DNA of 64,000 nt from an uncultured delta proteobacterium (GCA_963806225.1 CAWDXG010000004.1:352001-416000); one strand, 5' to 3'. Positions 31,364 through 45,038 are shown, counted from the first letter of the stretch. Notes: generated by a model not told the origin, from the sequence alone. Numbers and translations are program-made.

Positions 31364-32275
31364 TCAGGGAGCGCGTTCCTCGAACAGCGCCGCGCCAGCG
31401 ATAAAGCGCAACGGCACGATTCCGGTCGGTCCGACCGAGTTCTTCACCACCGACAGCTCCACCGCACGCGCGCCGAGCGCGAGCGAACGCTCGGGCATTG
31501 CGACTGGCGAGCCTTCGCCTTCGATAGCGCGCAGCTCCGAAGCCAGCGTTGCGGCCGGCGACACGAGCGGCGCACTGCGCGACTGCACCGTCGCTACCAC
31601 CGCGCAGCCCTCATCGGCGAGCTGGCGCAGCTCGTAGGCGACCTGTGCGACGCGTGCATCGTAGCTGCCGTTGGTGACGGCGGCGCGCTTGCCTTCGCCT
31701 CCGCCCGCGCAGAACGCCTCCAGCCCATCCACGACAAGGATCACGCGGTCGTGTCGGCCCCACAGGTGGCTGACCAGCTTCGCCAGACTGCTGGTCGACT
31801 CGAACGGCTTGGCGCGGTGCAAGTGCAGGTGGTTTCCGACCTTCTTGACCACCGTTTCCACGGCCTCGCCCACCGGACGTCGCGTCATCTCGTCCTGCGA
31901 GGCCTGTCCGGACCAGATCGCGCCGTAGGGCGTGCGCACGTCGGGGAACTCGCGGTGCAGTGCGCGCGCTGCGAGCCGCGCAACGATCTCGGTCTCGTCC
32001 AGCGCCACGCTGGTGAACACCACTGCGGCACGGGCCCGCGCCGTCATGTAGGCCATGAGCAGCGCGAACGCCGTCTTGCCCACGCCGGGAGCACCGGAGA
32101 TGCTCATCAATGTTCCGGTCCGGAGCCCACCCGACAGCATGCGGTCCAGCGTCTGCAGCCCGGTCGGCGTCGCCGGCGTCAGCACGCCGAGGCGGGTGGT
32201 CACGTCGACCTGGATGCCGCTGAGGGAGACGGGAGCGCCTGACGGTGCAGGCGTGCGGTCGCGAGTGGAGTTCAC
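31364..32275 (-). CDS. RecA-fold ATPase (DnaB C-terminal / KaiC-RAD55-like)
   Basis: PTGLQTLDRMLSGGLRTG; GAPGVGKT Walker A; ILVVDGLE Walker B; VVKNSVGPTG. Confidence 0.8.
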   Translation of the reverse strand: MNSTRDRTPAPSGAPVSLSGIQVDVTTRLGVLTPATPTGLQTLDRMLSGGLRTGTLMSISGAPGVGKTAFALLMAYMTARARAAVVFTSVALDETEIVARLAARALHREFPDVRTPYGAIWSGQASQDEMTRRPVGEAVETVVKKVGNHLHLHRAKPFESTSSLAKLVSHLWGRHDRVILVVDGLEAFCAGGGEGKRAAVTNGSYDARVAQVAYELRQLADEGCAVVATVQSRSAPLVSPAATLASELRAIEGEGSPVAMPERSLALGARAVELSVVKNSVGPTGIVPLRFIAGAALFEERAP

Positions 32276-32437
32276 GCCCGCACGATACCCGAGGCGCCGC
32301 TGGATCGCGGATCCCAAATCGAGACGGCAGCGCGCGGCATCCGGCTGTCCCGTCCCGTTCCGGGAACGCGATCGGCGGCGATCATCGGAAAATCCGTGAA
32401 TTCGACACCTGGCACGGCCCTCGCAAATCGCCGGAGC

Positions 32438-32698
32438 ATGGCCACAAAGAAGCCCCATGCGGCCGCGCTCGCGCTCGCCAGCGACGGCACCCTTCTGCTC
32501 AACGTGGCTGGCGAAACCGGCGACGACGACCTGGATGAGCTGCTCGAACGAGCCAAGGCAAGCTCGGACAGCGTCTTCGTCGGCATCCCTCTGAGCGCCG
32601 CAGAAGCGCGGCGCGTAGCCCAGCGACTGGAACACTCGGGCGCCGAGGCAGCAGCGGTCCTCTTCGCCGCACGGAAGAAGCGGGGCCGCCGGCGCTAG
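32438..32698 (+). CDS. Small hypothetical protein
   Basis: GGAG-ATG start; host-like codon use; fills the gap between flanking genes. Confidence 0.55.
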   Translation: MATKKPHAAALALASDGTLLLNVAGETGDDDLDELLERAKASSDSVFVGIPLSAAEARRVAQRLEHSGAEAAAVLFAARKKRGRRR

Positions 32699-34008
32699 CC
32701 GAGCGCGCCCGTCTGCGCGTACAGCACCCGGAGCAGATCCGAACGCGACAGGATCCCCACCAGCCGGCCGTCCCGAAGCACCGGCAGACGGCCGACGTCG
32801 GCGGCCGTCATCCGCTCCAGCGCGTCGTCCAGCGTCGCGTCCAGCGTCGTCGTCTTCACGTTGTGCGACATGCAGCTCGACACCGGCAGATGCAGACGGC
32901 CATCGCGCTCCGCCTTCTCGACATCCCGGCGCGACACGATCCCCACCAGGCGGCCGTCATCGACTACCGGCACGCCGGTATGGCGCCAGGTCCGGAGCGA
33001 GTCGCGCAGCTGGGCCAGGATCATGTCAGGAGCCACCGTACGCACCGGGCTCGACATGATGTCCGCCACGCGCGCCGCCCGCGGTGGTCCGCTCTGCAGC
33101 GCTTCGAGCAGCCTGCGGCGCACCGCCGCCACGTCGGCGTCATGGACGATCGCCGCTCCAGCCGACGGGTGCCCTCCCCCGCCGACGACCTCCAACACGG
33201 CGCCCACGTCCACCCGCGGCGAGCGCGATCGGGCCACGATCTGGATGCGGCGCCCGCCGATCGGATACATCGCGAACAACGCCGCGTGCCCTTCCAGCTC
33301 GGCAACCTCGGTGGTCACCTCGGCGAGCCCCGTGAACGCGTGCTCCAGCGGTGTCACCACGAAGCCGATGTCGAACCCATCCACGTCCTCGACCTCGACC
33401 GCACCGAGCATGCGCGCGAGCGTCTCGCGCTGCTCGGGGGTGAAAGCCGGCCGCAGATAGCGCCCGATGACCTTCAGGCTTGCTCCCTGATCGAGCAGCC
33501 ACGCCACCGCACGGGCGTCGCGCGACGTGGTGGTGGCGTAGCCGAGCGAACCGGTGTCGGCGTAGATGCCGAGCACGAACAGCGTCGCCTCCAGCGTGTC
33601 CACGTCGAGGCCTCGAAGCTGGATTTGCTCGACCAGCAGCGTGGTCGCCGAGCCAACCGGCTGCACGACCTCCACGGTGCCCAGGAGATCGTCTTCGGCG
33701 GCGGCGTGGTGGTCGTAGACGTGCACCTCGAGCTCGCCACGCTCGACGCGGTCGAGCAGCTCGCGGAAGTTATCGAGCCGGCTCCTGCGCCGGAAGTCCA
33801 CGACCACCAGCAGCGTCACGCTGTCCGGGTCGATGTCGGTGTAGCGGACCGTCGGGAACCGGTCCTTGTGCAGCGCCAGGAAATCGACCAGCCCGGTGCC
33901 GAGCCGGCGCCCGAGCACGATGCGGGCCTCCGGGTACAGCTTGCCGGCGGCGACGCAGCCAGCCAGGCCGTCGAAGTCCGCCATTTCGTGGGTGATGATC
34001 GCCTGCAC
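32695..34008 (-). CDS. DHH/DHHA1 phosphoesterase with tandem CBS domains
   Basis: THEMADFDG; VVVD; YDHH; GIYADTG; GGGGHPSAGAA; two CBS repeats (VADIMSSPV, VSSCMSHNV). Confidence 0.88.
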   Translation of the reverse strand: MQAIITHEMADFDGLAGCVAAGKLYPEARIVLGRRLGTGLVDFLALHKDRFPTVRYTDIDPDSVTLLVVVDFRRRSRLDNFRELLDRVERGELEVHVYDHHAAAEDDLLGTVEVVQPVGSATTLLVEQIQLRGLDVDTLEATLFVLGIYADTGSLGYATTTSRDARAVAWLLDQGASLKVIGRYLRPAFTPEQRETLARMLGAVEVEDVDGFDIGFVVTPLEHAFTGLAEVTTEVAELEGHAALFAMYPIGGRRIQIVARSRSPRVDVGAVLEVVGGGGHPSAGAAIVHDADVAAVRRRLLEALQSGPPRAARVADIMSSPVRTVAPDMILAQLRDSLRTWRHTGVPVVDDGRLVGIVSRRDVEKAERDGRLHLPVSSCMSHNVKTTTLDATLDDALERMTAADVGRLPVLRDGRLVGILSRSDLLRVLYAQTGALG

Positions 34009-34109
34009 GCGTGCCCCCGCCTCCCGAATCTTCGTCCCCGGAGCGCGGGGCGCAAGCGGGCGCGTTTCCCCTGTGGCGCGTTCCCTGCTAACCAGCGCTA
34101 CATCGGCAG

Positions 34110-34748
34110 ATGTCGTTCTTCGCCTACTGCGCGGCCGCCACCGCAGCCGGCCTGCTCGGCCTGCTGCTCGCCGAAGCGAGCGGCTCCCGCTCGCGCGTGT
34201 GGATCGCCAAACCGCTGGCTTCCGCCGGATTCGTCCTGGCCGCCTGGGGAGCTGGCGCGCTCGGGAGTCCGTACGGCCGCGCGGTGCTCGTCGCGCTCGC
34301 CCTGTGCTGGCTTGGCGACGTGCTCTTGATCCCGTCGGGGCGAGCCGCCTTCCTCGGCGGACTCGGCAGCTTCCTCGCCGGACACATCGCCTTTGCCACC
34401 GCCTTCGTGCTGCGCGGCGTGACACCGGTAGCGACGGGCGTCACGTTCGCGCTGATGCTGCCCGTCGTTGCCTGGGTCTGGCGCTGGCTCGCGCCGCGGC
34501 TCGACGGCGCCATGCGCATCGCGGTGCCCGCCTACATCGCCGTGATCGCGATCATGGTCGCCCTCGCCGCCGGCAGCGCGTGGCAACGGCCCGGCTGGCT
34601 GCTGCTCGCCGGTGCGGTGCTGTTCTTCGTCTCCGATCTGTCGGTCGCCCGCGATCGCTTCGTCCGCACCGGCCTCGTCAATCGCCTCTGGGGCCTGCCG
34701 CTCTACTACGCCGCGCAGCTCCTCTTCGCCGCCAGCGTCGGACGCTAG
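34110..34748 (+). CDS. YhhN family membrane hydrolase (lysoplasmalogenase)
   Basis: KPLAS; LGDVLL; FLGGLGSFLAGH; GAVLFFVSD; YYAAQ. Confidence 0.9.
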   Translation: MSFFAYCAAATAAGLLGLLLAEASGSRSRVWIAKPLASAGFVLAAWGAGALGSPYGRAVLVALALCWLGDVLLIPSGRAAFLGGLGSFLAGHIAFATAFVLRGVTPVATGVTFALMLPVVAWVWRWLAPRLDGAMRIAVPAYIAVIAIMVALAAGSAWQRPGWLLLAGAVLFFVSDLSVARDRFVRTGLVNRLWGLPLYYAAQLLFAASVGR

Positions 34749-34919
34749 CGACAAGCCGATTCCCGCTGGCTTGCGTCGAGCCTCCCTGAAAAATATCTAT
34801 CCTGCGGGAATCAGCCGGAGCGCCGGAACCGACGACGGTCACGTGGCAGGCGTCCGGCAGATCGCCTACACGGAGCTCGGGGGGTGTCGACAAGGATCGA
34901 TAGATCCGGGTCCCATGTA

Positions 34920-35010
34920 CCCGGTGGGCGTCTATTCGAGCAGCTGGTCCGGCTCGCGCGTCCCGGTGGGCGTCTATTCGAGCGGCTGGCCGGGCTCGCG
35001 CGTCCCGGTG
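34920..35010. repeat. 42-bp tandem repeat, about 2.2 copies, intergenic
   Basis: CCCGGTGGGCGTCTATTCGAGC..CTGG..GGCTCGCGCGT at 34920 and 34962, partial copy at 35004. Confidence 0.85.
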
Positions 35011-35132
35011 CGCCTGCGAGGGTCCATGATCGCTTCATATTTCCACCGGAAATCGCTCTTGACGGTCTGATCTTCTGCAACCACCATCTGCGCGTCGGTT
35101 TCCGCCTTGCCCATGCGGGATGGAGGATGCTC

Positions 35133-36101
35133 ATGAAAACTCTTCGCCTCTCGTTTTTCGCCGTTTTCGCCGGGACGGCTCTGCTCGCCACCTCCTGCGC
35201 CACCCCCACCGGTGTGCCCTGGGGAGCATCCTGCGCGCCCGCGTGCGGTCCTGGCTTTTTCTGCGCCGCGAACGGGCAGTGCGTTCCGTCCAACGGCAAG
35301 GGCGGCGGCGGGAACAACCCGAGCAACGGAACCGGGAACGGTGGAGGAAACAGTAGCGGGAGCAACCAGGGTACGGGCGGCGGATCCGGCGCCGGCATTC
35401 CAGGCTCCGGCACCGGAAGCGGGAGCGGCGGGGGAAGCAGCAGCGGAGGCAGCCCGGGCGCCGGAAGCGGAAGCGGCGGAAGCAACCCGGGCAGCGGAAG
35501 TGGGAGCGGCGGAAGCAACCAGGGCACCGGCGGCCAGACGGGTGGCGGCTCCGGTTCCGGAACTCCCGGCGGCACCGGCGGCGGCACCGGCGGCGGCACC
35601 GGCGGCGGGACGACCAAAGCCTACTGCGCATCCTGTGCCTCCGATGCGGACTGCGGGGGCGGCAACAACTACTGCCTCGCGTTCAGCTTCGGCGACTACT
35701 GCGGAACGGACTGCAGCAGCGGTCAGTCGTGCCCGAGCGGAGCGCACTGCGCGCAGATCGGCGACGGCTCTGGAAACGTGATCGGGATGAACTGCGTTCC
35801 GTCCGGAACAAGCTGCTCGGGCGGCGGCAGTGGAGGCAGCACCGGCGGCAGCGGCAGCGGCGGCAGCGGCGGCTCGGGGTCAGGCTCCTGCACCACGGAC
35901 ACCTGGTCCAGCTTCGGCAACGCGTTCTTCCAGAACTACTGCAACAACTGCCACGGCAGCAAATACGCTTCGCAGTCCAACGTGCAGGCGCAGCTCAACT
36001 CCGTCTATTCCTCCATCTCGTCGGGGTCCATGCCGACGGGCGGGCTCTCCAGCAGCACGCGCACCCGCATCCTCAACTACCTGAACTGCGGCGCGCCCTG
36101 A
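35133..36101 (+). CDS. Gly/Cys-rich lipoprotein with C-terminal c-type cytochrome domain
   Basis: GGAGG RBS; lipobox LATSC; Cys-rich modules; C-terminal YCNNCHG heme motif and downstream SMP (candidate axial Met). Confidence 0.8.
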   Translation: MKTLRLSFFAVFAGTALLATSCATPTGVPWGASCAPACGPGFFCAANGQCVPSNGKGGGGNNPSNGTGNGGGNSSGSNQGTGGGSGAGIPGSGTGSGSGGGSSSGGSPGAGSGSGGSNPGSGSGSGGSNQGTGGQTGGGSGSGTPGGTGGGTGGGTGGGTTKAYCASCASDADCGGGNNYCLAFSFGDYCGTDCSSGQSCPSGAHCAQIGDGSGNVIGMNCVPSGTSCSGGGSGGSTGGSGSGGSGGSGSGSCTTDTWSSFGNAFFQNYCNNCHGSKYASQSNVQAQLNSVYSSISSGSMPTGGLSSSTRTRILNYLNCGAP

Positions 36102-36114
36102 GTCGGCGGCGCCG

Positions 36115-40530
<4,416 letters not shown>

Positions 40531-40560
40531 CGCCGGACTATAGCGCGCAGCCTAGGCCGA

Positions 40561-41337
40561 TCACGCGGGCTGGTGCCACCCTGCTGTCAGCAGCGTGAGA
40601 TCCTGGACGATCTCGATGCCGGCGGCAGGCGCCTCGACCGCGACATCGGCCCCGAGCCGGAAAGCGAACCCGCCCAGCAGGTAGCGGCACTCGAGCTCCG
40701 GCTCGAGCTCTGCGCGCAGGCTGCTCACGAGGTCGCTGGCGACTCGCGCCGAGTGGGGCAGCGCGCAGGAAAACCCGATCGCCGACGGACGAAGCCGGCG
40801 TGCCAACGCTATCATCTCGCTCAGTGGAATCGCGGGGCTGACGACCTCTGCGCTCACGCCGCGAGCTGCCAGTAGATGCGCAGCGAAACGCACTCCAAGC
40901 GTATGCTGGTTTCCGGGTGTCTGGAACAGCAGCGCGCTCGGCGGCGCTGTCCTCACCGGTCTGGGGAGCGTGGCGAATACCTGCTCGCACCAACTCGTCA
41001 AGAAGTGCTCCGCGGCAACCGACATGCGGCCGGCCTGCCACTCGAGCCCGGCTCGATATAGAGCCGGCTGCAGCACGGCGACAAGAATGGAGTCGTCCGG
41101 TAGGCCGAGCTCTCTGGCTTCCTGGATCGCAACCTGACAGGTGTCCCAGTCTCGAGACTCTGCTGCGGCAAGCAACCCATACACCAGTGTTCGCACCTGG
41201 TCGGTCGTTTCTACCAGTGGCACGTCGCGTTCGAGCTGCGCTTCACACCGTTCGCAGATTCCGTGGGAAAAGGATGGATCATCGTAGGGAGCGAGCTCGC
41301 CAAGAAAGGTCTGGCAATAGCAGCACCAGCGGATCAC
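40561..41337 (-). CDS. CarH-type cobalamin-binding protein with N-terminal Zn ribbon, no HTH
   Basis: WCCYC..SHGICERC; LQPALYRAGLEWQAGRMSVAAEH (Wx9EH); PGNQHTLG; Rossmann strand AIGFSC; LLGG. GTG start overlaps the upstream stop. Confidence 0.85.
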   Translation of the reverse strand: MIRWCCYCQTFLGELAPYDDPSFSHGICERCEAQLERDVPLVETTDQVRTLVYGLLAAAESRDWDTCQVAIQEARELGLPDDSILVAVLQPALYRAGLEWQAGRMSVAAEHFLTSWCEQVFATLPRPVRTAPPSALLFQTPGNQHTLGVRFAAHLLAARGVSAEVVSPAIPLSEMIALARRLRPSAIGFSCALPHSARVASDLVSSLRAELEPELECRYLLGGFAFRLGADVAVEAPAAGIEIVQDLTLLTAGWHQPA

Positions 41338-41966
41338 GGGGCGTCCCCCTCCGGCGCCGACAAGTGCGAGAGCGCCAACTCGAGCGCGGAGCTGCACGCA
41401 CGCGACCATGCCGGGTCGCCAGCAGCACCTGAGCAGAACCACTCCACGAGTTCCCTGTAGTGGGTGCCGACTCCGACAGCGTGGTCGACAACAGCACCAG
41501 CGATGAGGAGCCCCGCACCGCGGCGCTCCGGCGCCCTCGCCCCTGCTGCGCGGCACAGTGACTCGCATTCTCGGAATACCGCGTCCTCCAGCACTTCGAG
41601 CCGCGCGCCACGAAGGCCGGCCGCGAGAGCGAGAAACCGATTGCCCGGCATGTGACGTTCCCGCGACCAGAGTCGGCCGAGGCTCTCCAGCTGGTACTCC
41701 AACAGGATGCTGGGCATGCCCCTGGGAGCCAGCACCCGGCTGAGCCAACCCACCTGCTGTCGCCACGTCCTGTCGTCCTGCCCGAGCAAGGTCACGAGGT
41801 AGGCGGCATCACTGCGCCCGAACGCGCGTCCGCGTTCAGCGTAGCGCCAGGCAAAATACGGAAACGCGCGCCACATGACCCTGGCGGAACGCTCCGCCAG
41901 CTCGCGGTCGCCGGGATCGCTGGGGGCCGGAGTGTCGCCCGCGTCGGGGTTCAACGGGTTAATCAT
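41334..41966 (-). CDS. Uncharacterised all-helical protein (possibly globin/bilin-binding-like)
   Basis: NPLNPDAG; PYFAWRYAERGRAFGRSD; WLSRVLAPRGMP. Overlaps both neighbours. Confidence 0.7.
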   Translation of the reverse strand: MINPLNPDAGDTPAPSDPGDRELAERSARVMWRAFPYFAWRYAERGRAFGRSDAAYLVTLLGQDDRTWRQQVGWLSRVLAPRGMPSILLEYQLESLGRLWSRERHMPGNRFLALAAGLRGARLEVLEDAVFRECESLCRAAGARAPERRGAGLLIAGAVVDHAVGVGTHYRELVEWFCSGAAGDPAWSRACSSALELALSHLSAPEGDAP

Positions 41967-42279
41967 CCCGTGACTCCCGAAACACGACGGCGAACTGCTC
42001 CAACTTCCCGCCGGAGCCCGCTTCCACCGCGCCGAGGCCGGCGTGGGCGCGACCGTGAGCACGCGCGTGGTCGCCGCTCTTCATGTACCTGACGAAGTCG
42101 GAGCGCGTCTCCCAGCGGGTCACGAGCACGTAGCGCCCTTGACTGCGGATATCCCGCCACAGCTCCAGCCCGAGGAAGCCCGCATGACCGTCGACCAGTC
42201 GCGCCCGGTCCTGGAACGCGCGCTCGAGAGCGGGCATCTGCTCGACCGGGACCACGATTTCGGAGCGGCTCAGGAACAT
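41959..42279 (-). CDS. Antibiotic biosynthesis monooxygenase (IsdG/HmoA-like) protein
   Basis: AFQDRARLVDGHAGFLGLEL; YVLVTRWETRSDF; SGDHARAH (His at the IsdG heme-ligand position). Confidence 0.85.
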   Translation of the reverse strand: MFLSRSEIVVPVEQMPALERAFQDRARLVDGHAGFLGLELWRDIRSQGRYVLVTRWETRSDFVRYMKSGDHARAHGRAHAGLGAVEAGSGGKLEQFAVVFRESRDD

Positions 42280-42412
42280 GACAGCACGAAGAGTCTACAA
42301 CCGGCTTCTCGCAGCGCCAGCCGGCCAGATCGGGCGAAACCCGCTTGAGGCCGCGCTGGGCGATTGATAGCGTCACGGCGCGTCCAGGTTCGGGCGCACT
42401 GGAGGAGTGGCT

Positions 42413-42766
42413 ATGCAGATTTGGAAGCTGGTGGGTGTGGCAGCGGTGGGCCTGGTTGTCGTGGGCTGCAAGAGCGACGTGAAGCGCTTCGTCAAGCTCG
42501 ATACGATGAAGGCGCAGGCCTACACGGACGGGAACGGCGACTGCGACAAGATCGCCAAGAACTACTCCGAATGGAAGAGCAAGTACGGCAAGGAGTACAA
42601 GTCTCTCCAGACGAAGCTCAACGGCAAGTACCACGGCAAAGCGGAGATCGAGAAAGCCTTCGGTTCCAACGCGGACCAGATGAAGGCGAACAAGAAGATC
42701 GTCATCGGCTCGATCTTCAAGTGCATGAACAACGACGCCTACAAGAAGGCCGTCGAGTCGCACTGA
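42413..42766 (+). CDS. Lys-rich lipoprotein
   Basis: GGAGGAG RBS; lipobox VVGC; two further Cys residues. Confidence 0.8.
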   Translation: MQIWKLVGVAAVGLVVVGCKSDVKRFVKLDTMKAQAYTDGNGDCDKIAKNYSEWKSKYGKEYKSLQTKLNGKYHGKAEIEKAFGSNADQMKANKKIVIGSIFKCMNNDAYKKAVESH

Positions 42767-42899
42767 AGCGAGCGCGCCGCGCGGCGATGTGACGAGCCGG
42801 GGTGGCCCCGGGCGCGCCGGAGGCGCGCGTTTGGGGCCACGCGGCGGCGGGAGCCGCCGCGACGTCAGGTGACGGACGGTACTGGGGCAGCCCCAGCGA

Positions 42900-43691
42900 T
42901 CAGGACCTCGGCGCGGCGATCTTCGCTTCCATCGACTGCTTGAAGGTTGTGAGGATGTCGACGGGCAGCGGGAAGACGACGGTGGTGTTCTTTTCCACGC
43001 CGATCTCGACGAGCGTCTGCAGGTAGCGGAGCTGCAGCGCGGCGGTGGTCTGCTCGAGGATCTGCGCGGCCTCGTGCAGTTTCTGCGACGACTGGAACTC
43101 GCCTTCGGCCGCGATCACCTTGGCGCGCCGCTCGCGCTCGGCTTCGGCCTGACGTGCCATGGCGCGGCGCATGATGTCGGGCAGCTCGATGTCCTTGATC
43201 TCCACCGCGGAAACCTTGATGCCCCAGACGTCGGTGGCCTCGTCGATGATCTTCTGCAGCGCCTGGCCGATCTTCTCGCGCTCGGCGAGGACCTGGTCGA
43301 GGTCGTGCTGACCCAGGATGTTGCGCAGCGTGGTCTGCGCGTAGAGCGACGTGGCCACGTAGTAGTTGGCGATCTTGAGCACGGCGTCGGTCGGATTCAT
43401 CACGTTGAAGTAGACGACCGCATTGACGCTGATGGTCACGTTGTCCTTCGTGATCACCTCCTGGGGCGGCACGTCCAGCGTCACCGTGCGAAGATCGATC
43501 TTCACCATGCGGTCGACGAACGGCAGGATCAGCCGGAGGCCTGGGTTCTTGACCAGCGCGGGGTCGACGCGGCCGAGCCGGAACAGCACGCCGCGCTCGT
43601 ATTCGTTCACGATCCGGATCGATTTGAGGAGGGTCAGCATGCCCATGAACAGGATGACTGCCAGGCCGATAACCGCGGTGTCGATTTGCAT
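42900..43691 (-). CDS. SPFH/stomatin (slipin) family protein
   Basis: EYERGVLFRLG; VPPQEVITKDNV; AQTTLR; MARQAEAERERRAKVI; LQLRYLQTL. Confidence 0.95.
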   Translation of the reverse strand: MQIDTAVIGLAVILFMGMLTLLKSIRIVNEYERGVLFRLGRVDPALVKNPGLRLILPFVDRMVKIDLRTVTLDVPPQEVITKDNVTISVNAVVYFNVMNPTDAVLKIANYYVATSLYAQTTLRNILGQHDLDQVLAEREKIGQALQKIIDEATDVWGIKVSAVEIKDIELPDIMRRAMARQAEAERERRAKVIAAEGEFQSSQKLHEAAQILEQTTAALQLRYLQTLVEIGVEKNTTVVFPLPVDILTTFKQSMEAKIAAPRS

Positions 43692-43712
43692 TTCCAGGAC
43701 CTTTCTCGATTT

Positions 43713-45038
43713 CTAGCTGCGCTTGACGACAACGCGGGGCGGATTGCGGAGCACCTCGACGACCTCCACCGGCTCCCCCGCATCGATGGTTTCCTCGGCG
43801 GTGGCCAGCCAGCGCGCGCCCTCGACGAACACGCTGCCGCCCGCCGGCTCGACGACGGTCTTGGCGACGCCGTGCTTGCCGACCATCGCTTCGCTGCCGG
43901 TGCCGGGCGGCTTTCGCTGCGCACGCGCCACTTTGGTAGCCAGAAGCAGGAACAACCCCGCCACCGCGATCACGAACGGGGCGAACACACGCCAGTCCAC
44001 CGACTGCACCGCGCCGAAGTAGCTGCTTTCGTCCACAAGCACCAGCGCTCCGAGCACGATGGACACCACTCCGCCGAGCGCCAGCAGCCCGTGCGAAGGC
44101 ACCTTGATCTCCAGCACGATGCCGATGATGCCGACGGCGATCAGCAGGAAGCCGCCGAGATCGAGCGGCAGCACGCTCATCGCCAAGAGGCCGGTCAAGA
44201 GCGAGACGGTGCCCACGATGCCGCCCATGCCGATGCCGGGCGCGGCGATCTCGTACAGGATGCCCATCACGCCCAGCGTCAGCAGCATCGACGCGATAGT
44301 CGGATCGGCGATCACATCGAGGAAGCGCTGCGCCCACGACAGCGGCATCTCGATGCCGACCGCGCCGTGGGTGTGCAGGGTCACGGTGCGGGTGCGCAGC
44401 TTGATGCTGCGCCCGTCGAGCTGCTTCATGAGCGACGCGGTGTCCGGTGCGAGGATCTCGATGGCGCCGTCGTCCTTGGCTTCCGAGGCGGTGTAGCTGG
44501 CCGAGTCGCGCACGATGGAGACGGCGAAGCTCTCGGGGCGGCCGCGGCGCTTGGCGAGCGATTTGGCCATCGCCACCAGGGTGTTGGTGGCTTTCTCGTC
44601 GAGCGTCTTGCCCAGCGACTTGCCGCCGCCGGCCACAGGGTGCGCGGCGCCCACGCGCGTGCCCGGCGCCATGGCCGCCACGTCCGTCGAGAGCAGGATG
44701 TAGGCGCCGGCGCTGGTGGCCTGGGCATTGCGCGGCTCGACGTAGCCGACGATCGGGATGTCGGAGTTCACGAACTCGGTCGTGATCTTCTCCATGCTGG
44801 AGACGAGCCCGCCGGGCGTGTTGATCGTGACCAGCAGGAACGCGGCGTGTTGCTTGTGCGCGAGCTTCAGCGCGTTGTCGACGTAGCGCGCCTTGATGGG
44901 ATTGATGACGCCCTGGATCGTGATGTGGACGTAGCGCTGGGCCGCCGACGCCGCCGAGGCGGACAGCACGACGGCGAGCGCGAGCAGCAGCCCGAGCACG
45001 AGCTGGGCTCCCGGGCGCTGCCTGGTCTGCCTCCGCAC
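43713..45038 (-). CDS. nfeD: NfeD family membrane-bound serine protease
   Basis: INTPGG; ATSAGAYI; MAPGTRVGAAHPV; TM block; C-terminal OB domain with VFVEGARW; adjacent to the slipin gene. Confidence 0.93.
   Translation of the reverse strand: MRRQTRQRPGAQLVLGLLLALAVVLSASAASAAQRYVHITIQGVINPIKARYVDNALKLAHKQHAAFLLVTINTPGGLVSSMEKITTEFVNSDIPIVGYVEPRNAQATSAGAYILLSTDVAAMAPGTRVGAAHPVAGGGKSLGKTLDEKATNTLVAMAKSLAKRRGRPESFAVSIVRDSASYTASEAKDDGAIEILAPDTASLMKQLDGRSIKLRTRTVTLHTHGAVGIEMPLSWAQRFLDVIADPTIASMLLTLGVMGILYEIAAPGIGMGGIVGTVSLLTGLLAMSVLPLDLGGFLLIAVGIIGIVLEIKVPSHGLLALGGVVSIVLGALVLVDESSYFGAVQSVDWRVFAPFVIAVAGLFLLLATKVARAQRKPPGTGSEAMVGKHGVAKTVVEPAGGSVFVEGARWLATAEETIDAGEPVEVVEVLRNPPRVVVKRS

Noticed and set aside
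42280..42412. Cobalamin riboswitch upstream of the B12-domain operon
   Set aside because: The region is short and I see no B12-box or other conserved riboswitch elements.
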